Source: an uncultured Gaiellales bacterium
GTDB taxonomy: Bacteria; Actinomycetota; Thermoleophilia; RBG-16-64-13
Length of the DNA: 64,000 nucleotides
Direction of reading: 5' to 3'
Assembly (NCBI GenBank): GCA_964399135.1
Contig: CAYNPL010000007.1
Span: 26,014 to 90,013, forward strand
The position numbers and the translations under genes are program-made. A model generated the notes under the pieces. It saw only the letters and a program-made list of their open reading frames with translations. It searched no databases and was not told the DNA's origin. Shown here one piece after another: positions 58,571-64,000 of this stretch (position 1 is the stretch's first letter; each line of letters begins with the position of its first letter).

Positions 58571-60655
58571 ATGGGCGCGCCCGGAGCAGCCCAGCACGGC
58601 GCCGGCCCCGGGGACGTTCCGCGGAACCGGCCGGGGGGCGAGGGGCGGGGGACCACGGTTCCCTCGGGGAGCGCCTGGCCGGAGCGCCAAGTCCGGGTGG
58701 GCTTCGACCTGGTGGAGGTCGACCGTTTCCGGCGGGCGCTGGACCGGCACCCGGCGCTGGAGGCGCGGCTGTTCACCTCGAGCGAGATCGCCTATTGCCG
58801 AGCCCGGGGGACGCCGGAACTGCATCTGGCCGCGCGTTTCGCGGCCAAGGAGGCCGTTGGTAAACTCTTGGGGACCGGCGTGCTCTCCTGGCAGGAGATC
58901 GAGGTGCTGTCCGCCGGGCCGGACGGCGGTCCGGCCCGAGTGGTGTTGAGCGGCCGCACCGCTGTGGCGGCGGCGGCCGCCGGCATCGACGCGGCGGCGG
59001 TGTCCCTGTCGCACGTGGGTTCGGTGGCGGGCGGGTGTGTGGCCGTGGTCGCGCGGGGGGAGGGAGACATGGACGAGAACGAGGGTGGAACCGAAGCTCT
59101 CCTGGGTCTGGAAGACCGGCCGGTGGTGTTCACGCCGGCCCAAGTGCGCGAACTCGACCGGGCGGCGATCGAGGACATCGGGATCCCGGGCCCCGTGCTC
59201 ATGGAGCGAGCCGCCTTGGGGATCACCGCTTTGGTGCGGGGCCGCTTTCCCGGCCGGCACACTCTGATCGTCTGCGGCCGGGGCAACAACGGGGGGGACG
59301 GTCTGGCCGCCGCCCGGCAGTTGCACCTGGCCGGGCATCCGGTGGCCTGCGTGGTGACCGTCTCCTCAACGGGGGAGCTCAGCCCCGATGCCGCCCTCAA
59401 CTTCGAGGCGGCCCGTAGAGCCGGGGTCAACCTGCGGACGGGCGCCGTGCCTGATTACCTGTGGGAGGAGACCGAGCTGGTGGTGGACTGCCTACTGGGT
59501 ACGGGGGCCAGCGGGGAGCTGCGGGGCACGGTGGCGGAGTGGGCCGCGCTCATCAACGCCGCGGGGGCCCGGGGCGTCCCCGTGATCGCCTGCGACGTGC
59601 CCTCGGGAGTGGACGCCACCACCGGGAGTATCGCTAAGGGGACGGTGGCGGCCGACGTCACCGTCACGTTCCACGCGGCCAAGAGCGGGCTGGTGTGCCC
59701 ACCCGGGTCGGAGGCCGCGGGAGAGGTGCTGGTGTGGGACATCGGCATCCCCGAGTCGCTCGAACCTGAGCCCGACCTCTGGGTGGTCACCGAGGACGAT
59801 GTCAACATCCCCGGCAGGCGGGTGGACGACCACAAGTACAAGGCGGGATACGTGGCCGTGCTGGCCGGTTCCCGGGCATACCCGGGAGCCGCCTGGTTGG
59901 CGGCGCAGGCGGCGTACCGCACCGGCGCGGGCTATGTCCGCCTGCTTATGGCCCCCGGCGCCGCCGATGCTCTGCGCGGGCGCCTGGTGGAGACGGTCCT
60001 GTCGGAAGTGGGCAAGGGCGACGCCATCGACGACGCCGGGCCGGTGTTGGCGGTCGTCGGTGACAGCCGGCTGGGCGCGCTCGTGTGCGGCCCCGGCCTG
60101 GGTCGGGAGACGGCGACGGCGACTGCTGTGCGGCGGATCATTCTGGAAAGCACGGTGCCCGCGGTGCTCGATGCCGACGGGCTCTTCGCGTTCGCCGGGT
60201 CGGCCGACCTGCTGCGACGGCGCCCGGGCCTGGTGCTCACCCCGCACGTGGGGGAGCTGGCGGCGCTCTTGGGGGTGCCGGTGTCCGAGGTGGCGGCCGC
60301 GAGCCTGGCCGCCGCCCGCCGCGCGGCGGCGGCCACCCACCAGGTGATCCTCCTTAAGGGGTCCTCCACCGTCATTGCTCACCCGTCCGGACAGACGCGG
60401 GTGGTAGTGCAGGGACCGCCACAGCTCGCCTCCGCCGGCACCGGTGACGTGCTCTCCGGGGTCATCGGGGCCCTGTTGGCCAAGGGTCTGGAACCCTTTG
60501 AGGCCGCCTACGCAGGAGCCTGGCTGCACGCCGAAGCGGGCGCGTTGGGCGCCGAGACCGATCCGCAGGGTATCCTGGCGGGTGATCTGGTCGATCTTCT
60601 TCCCCTGGTCGTCGCCGACCGCATCTATGAGAGGAGACCTTCGTGGACGACTTGA
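58571..60655 (+). CDS. acpS: Tri-domain fusion: holo-ACP synthase (AcpS, 4'-phosphopantetheinyl transferase) + NAD(P)H-hydrate epimerase (YjeF-N) + ADP-dependent NAD(P)H-hydrate dehydratase (YjeF-C / Nnr). True start uncertain, possibly GTG ~58697
   Basis: AcpS motifs VGFDLVEVDRFRRAL and ARFAAKEAVGKLLGTG. YjeF-N motifs LIVCGRGNNGGDGL and DCLLGTGASGELRG. YjeF-C motifs DHKYKAGYVAVLAGS and GTGDVLSGVIGAL. The first ~40 codons are low-complexity Gly/Pro-rich and probably untranslated. Confidence 0.75.
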   Translation: MGAPGAAQHGAGPGDVPRNRPGGEGRGTTVPSGSAWPERQVRVGFDLVEVDRFRRALDRHPALEARLFTSSEIAYCRARGTPELHLAARFAAKEAVGKLLGTGVLSWQEIEVLSAGPDGGPARVVLSGRTAVAAAAAGIDAAAVSLSHVGSVAGGCVAVVARGEGDMDENEGGTEALLGLEDRPVVFTPAQVRELDRAAIEDIGIPGPVLMERAALGITALVRGRFPGRHTLIVCGRGNNGGDGLAAARQLHLAGHPVACVVTVSSTGELSPDAALNFEAARRAGVNLRTGAVPDYLWEETELVVDCLLGTGASGELRGTVAEWAALINAAGARGVPVIACDVPSGVDATTGSIAKGTVAADVTVTFHAAKSGLVCPPGSEAAGEVLVWDIGIPESLEPEPDLWVVTEDDVNIPGRRVDDHKYKAGYVAVLAGSRAYPGAAWLAAQAAYRTGAGYVRLLMAPGAADALRGRLVETVLSEVGKGDAIDDAGPVLAVVGDSRLGALVCGPGLGRETATATAVRRIILESTVPAVLDADGLFAFAGSADLLRRRPGLVLTPHVGELAALLGVPVSEVAAASLAAARRAAAATHQVILLKGSSTVIAHPSGQTRVVVQGPPQLASAGTGDVLSGVIGALLAKGLEPFEAAYAGAWLHAEAGALGAETDPQGILAGDLVDLLPLVVADRIYERRPSWTT

Positions 60656-61116
60656 AGGTGAAGGACATCATGCAGGCCGAGGTCATCGCGGTGGGACCGG
60701 ATACGACCGTGCGCGAGTTGGCCGACATCCTGGCCGAGAACAAGATCAGCGGGGTGCCGGTCATCGATGAGCAGGGTACCGTCCTCGGCATGGTGAGTGA
60801 AGCCGACATCATCGTCCAAGACGCCGATCTCCACTTCCCCTACTACATCCAGTTCCTTGACAGTGTCATCTACGTGCAGAGCTTCCACAAGTTCGAGGAG
60901 CGGTTCAAGAAGGCGTTCGGGACGAAGGTCGGGGAGATCATGAGCACCGAGGTGGTGGCCATCTCACCGGACGCGTCGGTGCGGCAGGCGGCCACTCTGA
61001 TGGCAGACCGGGGCGTCAACCGGCTGCCGGTGACGGAGATGGGCGATCCCAGCGGCCGGCTGCTCGGTATCGTCACCCGCGGTGACATCGTCCGGGCCAT
61101 CGCCGAGCGGGACTAG
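60643..61116 (+). CDS. CBS-domain pair protein
   Basis: Two CBS repeats (VKDIMQAEVIAVGPDTTVRELADILAENKISGVPVID and VGEIMSTEVVAISPDASVRQAATLMADRGVNRLPVTE). GTG start overlapping the acpS-nnr 3' end. Confidence 0.7.
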   Translation: MDDLKVKDIMQAEVIAVGPDTTVRELADILAENKISGVPVIDEQGTVLGMVSEADIIVQDADLHFPYYIQFLDSVIYVQSFHKFEERFKKAFGTKVGEIMSTEVVAISPDASVRQAATLMADRGVNRLPVTEMGDPSGRLLGIVTRGDIVRAIAERD

Positions 61117-61130
61117 GGGAACGGGGGAAC

Positions 61131-61508
61131 ATGTCCAAGAAGGAGACACGGAGAGCGGCCAGGCAGGCCTATCCCAAGGCCAAGAGTGGTGCGGCCGCCA
61201 AGGGGAGCGGGGGCAAGGGCAAAGGCGGGGGCAAGAGTGCCGTGGCCAAGGACGCCTCCGGCAGGCCGCTCCGCCCCCCCACTCTCAAGCGCGCCGCCAT
61301 CCAGGGCGCCATCCTCGCGGTCCTCTACTTCGTGGTCATCGAGTTCCTGTGGGTGCAGAAGGACGCCAGCGGGGCGAGGACCTCCAACACTTTGACCTCT
61401 GTCATCATCGCTCTGGCCGGCTTCGTCATCTACACCGGCATCGCCTACGCTGTCGACAAATACACCTATCAGCGCAAGCTGCGGAAGAGCAAGGGCGCCG
61501 CGAAGTAG
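61131..61508 (+). CDS. Hypothetical small membrane protein (basic Lys/Gly-rich N-terminus, two predicted TM helices)
   Basis: 125-aa ORF. Hydrophobic stretches AIQGAILAVLYFVVIEFLWV and VIIALAGFVIYTGIAYAV. No recognisable family. Confidence 0.4.
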   Translation: MSKKETRRAARQAYPKAKSGAAAKGSGGKGKGGGKSAVAKDASGRPLRPPTLKRAAIQGAILAVLYFVVIEFLWVQKDASGARTSNTLTSVIIALAGFVIYTGIAYAVDKYTYQRKLRKSKGAAK

Positions 61509-61514
61509 GCGCGG

Positions 61515-62942
61515 TTGGGCGGGCCCGGGAGGGCGAACACCACCGAGGGCAAGACGATGCTGCAGACCGTAGCCGACATCCTGCGCAGCCGGGCTGTCTC
61601 GGGCTGGCTCGTGGGCGGGAGCGTCCGTGACCGGGAGCTGGGCCGGCCTTCCCCCGACCTCGACCTGGTGGTGGCGGCGGACCCGGCGGCGGTGGCGAAG
61701 GACATCGCCCGAGCCTTCGGGAGCCCTTGGTTCACGTTGTCGGAGCGGCACGGAGCTTACCGGGTGATAGGCCCAGAGGGCCACATCGACGTGGCCGCGG
61801 TGCGAGGAACGGGGATCCTCGACGACCTCGCGCAGCGGGACTTCACCGTGAACGCCATGGCGGTGGCGGTGGAGGGCGGAGACCTCATCGACCCGCACAG
61901 CGGCCTCGCTCATCTGCGGGAGGGACGGCTGGTGGCGGTGTCGGAGCACATCTTCACCGACGACCCCCTTCGCTTGATGCGGGCCGCGCGCTTCTGCCAT
62001 GTGCTCGGCCTCGCCCTTGACCCGGCGCTGGCTGCGGCTGCGCGCGCGCAGGCTCCGCTGCTCGCGCGGGCCGCCCCCGAGCGGGTGGCCGTGGAGATGG
62101 TACTCACCTTGGCCGCCGGCCGCGCCGGCGATGCCGCGCGGCTGTGGGCGGATCTGGGGTTGCTCCAGGTGGTGCTGCTGGGGCCGGCGGGCACGAACGC
62201 CGGTGGCCCGGCCGGCACCACCGAGCCGGGCGCCGTGCCGGCCGATGCAGCCACGCCCGGCGGTGCCCAGTGGGATCTTCAGCCGGTCCTCAGCCTGCTT
62301 GACCGGCTTGAGGCGATCCTCGCCGGCCCCGCCGCCTGGTTCCCCGAGGCGGCCGAGGCTCTGGCGGCACGGCTGGCGGAACCGGTCGACGGCGCGATGG
62401 AACGGCCTGTGGCTTTGCGCCTGGCCGGCATGGTGTGGGGCACGGCACCGGCGCAGATCACGGCGGTGGGGAGCCGTCTGCACTTCTCGAGCGCGATGAA
62501 CTCTCTCCTCGCGAGAGTGGCCCACATGGGCGGCGACCGCGGGACCCCACCTCCCGCACCAGTGAGTCCGGCGCGCCCCGGCCGCCCGGCAATACTCTAC
62601 CTGTGGGCGGCGGCGCCCTGGGAGCCAGAGGTGATCGTGCTGGCGACGGCGGCGGAGGCGGCGGGTGGAGCCGCCGACGAGGGTCAGGCTGCGCCTTCCG
62701 GCTCCGCCCGCGCATTGATGGCTCTGTGGGCCTGCCGGGCGTCGGGCGGCGTCCCGCCGCTGCCGGTGGACGGTGAGACGCTGATGCGAGAGTTGGGCCT
62801 GGTTCCGAGCCCGAGGCTGGGCGCGGCTCTGCGGGCGGCTCGGCTGGCCTGGGAAGCCGGAGAGGCAACCGAGAGGGACCACGCACTCGCGGCCGCGCGG
62901 GAGGCGGCGGTCGCGGTCAACCCACATCAAGGCGGCGAGTAG
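61515..62942 (+). CDS. cca: tRNA nucleotidyltransferase (CCA-adding enzyme) / poly(A) polymerase-family protein
   Basis: Class-II nucleotidyltransferase head LVGGSVRDRELGRPSPDLDLVV...RDFTVNAMA. Likely start at ATG 61557 (MLQTVADIL). Long Ala-rich C-terminal region. Confidence 0.75.
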   Translation: MGGPGRANTTEGKTMLQTVADILRSRAVSGWLVGGSVRDRELGRPSPDLDLVVAADPAAVAKDIARAFGSPWFTLSERHGAYRVIGPEGHIDVAAVRGTGILDDLAQRDFTVNAMAVAVEGGDLIDPHSGLAHLREGRLVAVSEHIFTDDPLRLMRAARFCHVLGLALDPALAAAARAQAPLLARAAPERVAVEMVLTLAAGRAGDAARLWADLGLLQVVLLGPAGTNAGGPAGTTEPGAVPADAATPGGAQWDLQPVLSLLDRLEAILAGPAAWFPEAAEALAARLAEPVDGAMERPVALRLAGMVWGTAPAQITAVGSRLHFSSAMNSLLARVAHMGGDRGTPPPAPVSPARPGRPAILYLWAAAPWEPEVIVLATAAEAAGGAADEGQAAPSGSARALMALWACRASGGVPPLPVDGETLMRELGLVPSPRLGAALRAARLAWEAGEATERDHALAAAREAAVAVNPHQGGE

Positions 62943-62985
62943 GTCCACCGCCGCCTGGGGCTACGCCCAGGACCAGGATCGCGTG

Positions 62986-63771
62986 TCAGATGATGCCCTC
63001 GACCCCCAGCCGCCTGAATGCCCGCTGGTAGGTCTCTTCTTTTCGGTCGGTATGACCGGGCAGGGTCCAGGGCATCTCGTTCATGTTCCGCAAGACCCTG
63101 TCGATGTGATGCCAGGGGAGGATGACGATCGGCAGACCGGGAGGATAGAGCTTGTACATCTTCATCCCGTAACACACCCCGGTCCAGACGGTGTTGATGT
63201 TCCCGCTCACGAATGGGTACGTGAACATCCAGTTGCAGCCCATCACGTACGTCATGTGACTGATGATCATGTCGCCCGTATCCCACTGGGTGGCCCTCAG
63301 CACCCGCTCACCCTGGTCCATGTTGTCACAGCCGAGGATCAGCAGGTCCGGGTCGAAGGTCAACTTGTCCAGGGGAGCGTAGCCGGTCGCATACGTCGAC
63401 CCGGCGGCGAGGACGCTCACGTGGTTATAGACCCGCCGGTTGGGGCGCTCGTCGGCGTAGATGTCGAAGGGCGGGCCGATCCGGCCGCCGGCAGCCAGGG
63501 GGGTCAGTTCGCCGTGGCCGGACAAGAAGATCCCCGGCTCGCAGTACTGATTGTCAGCTGTAGCGTAGAACGCCCTTCCTTTCTGGGCCTCAAGAAGCAT
63601 TTGACACCATGCCAGCTTGCCTTCGAGTTGCTCAAGCCCTAAGCCTTCCAGGTCACCCTCGACGTTGAAGAACTTGAAGCCGACAGGAGCGTACTTGAAT
63701 TCGAACTTGTCCAGGATTGCGAAATCGTGCGGTTTCAGTCTGTGCCTTGTCTCCCAATGCAGCTCGCCCAT
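62986..63771 (-). CDS. DUF169-family protein (uncharacterised conserved protein)
   Basis: 261 aa. Family recognised from memory (FKYAPVGFKFF...YCEPG...MGCN motif pattern). Function unknown. Confidence 0.55.
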   Translation of the reverse strand: MGELHWETRHRLKPHDFAILDKFEFKYAPVGFKFFNVEGDLEGLGLEQLEGKLAWCQMLLEAQKGRAFYATADNQYCEPGIFLSGHGELTPLAAGGRIGPPFDIYADERPNRRVYNHVSVLAAGSTYATGYAPLDKLTFDPDLLILGCDNMDQGERVLRATQWDTGDMIISHMTYVMGCNWMFTYPFVSGNINTVWTGVCYGMKMYKLYPPGLPIVILPWHHIDRVLRNMNEMPWTLPGHTDRKEETYQRAFRRLGVEGII

Positions 63772-64000
63772 GAGGCATTCCTTTCTGCCGGACCAGCCAT
63801 CCGCCCCTGCACCGTAGCAGAGCGCTCCTGGGCTGCCAAGACGCGCCGGGCCGAGGATGCCCGCCCTTCGGTGCGCTGCCTTCGGTCACGGCTGTTCGGG
63901 TCGTGTGGGCCCCGACTTTGCCTTCGCCCCCTCGTCGGCCTCGGCCAGGCTCTTGATTCTGCACAGGGAGTGGTTCCAGAGCACGTCATGCGCGTACCCG

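Noticed and set aside
58571-58696. N-terminal 42 codons of the acpS-nnr ORF (MGAPGAAQHGAGPGDVPRNRPGGEGRG...)
   Set aside because: Low-complexity Gly/Pro/Arg run with no homology. Likely untranslated 5' region, with the real start at a downstream GTG. Kept inside the feature coordinates but flagged as uncertain.
63889-64000. Open frame on the minus strand running off the right window edge (C-terminal ...GYAHDVLWNHSLCRIKSLAEADEGAKAKSGPTRPEQP)
   Set aside because: Only 37 codons are visible and no recognisable family. Cannot be supported as a gene from this window alone.

Overview
High-GC (roughly 65-70%) bacterial chromosome segment. Its gene order looks actinobacterial: tRNA-Tyr/Thr/Met, rpmG, tRNA-Trp, secE-nusG-rplKA, rplJL, rpoBC; an M. 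tuberculosis-like NusG and EF-G N-terminus; a SecE with a long Ala/Pro-rich N-terminus. Many genes start with GTG or TTG. Left ~17 kb is accessory/catabolic. It holds a Liv-like (HAAT family) ABC transporter (permease, permease, ATPase, ATPase, binding lipoprotein), then two paralogous operons for alpha plus Fe-S beta subunits of pyrogallol-phloroglucinol transhydroxylase-like (AthL/BthL-like) molybdopterin enzymes, arranged around an IclR regulator. The second of these operons continues directly into a thiolase and a SucCD-type ADP-forming CoA ligase. Next come a solo B3/4-domain protein and an orphan LarA (lactate racemase family) homolog. From 17.7 to 50.7 kb lies the conserved translation/transcription core: four tRNAs, rpmG, secE, nusG, rplK-rplA, rplJ-rplL, rpoB-rpoC, rpsL-rpsG-fusA-tuf, the S10/spc/alpha ribosomal operons, secY-adk-map-infA-rpmJ-rpsMKD-rpoA-rplQ and truA. 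A ~4 kb insertion between truA and rplM-rpsI carries a RidA protein, a third orphan AthL-like alpha subunit with no beta partner, and a divergent TetR regulator. The right end holds an alanine-racemase-fold protein, glmS, an AcpS-Nnr (YjeF) tri-domain fusion, a CBS protein, a small membrane protein, a CCA-adding enzyme and a DUF169 protein. No rRNA, CRISPR array, integrase or transposase was seen. The most interesting content is the triplicated AthL-like molybdoenzyme system, with its regulators and the attached thiolase/CoA-ligase module.
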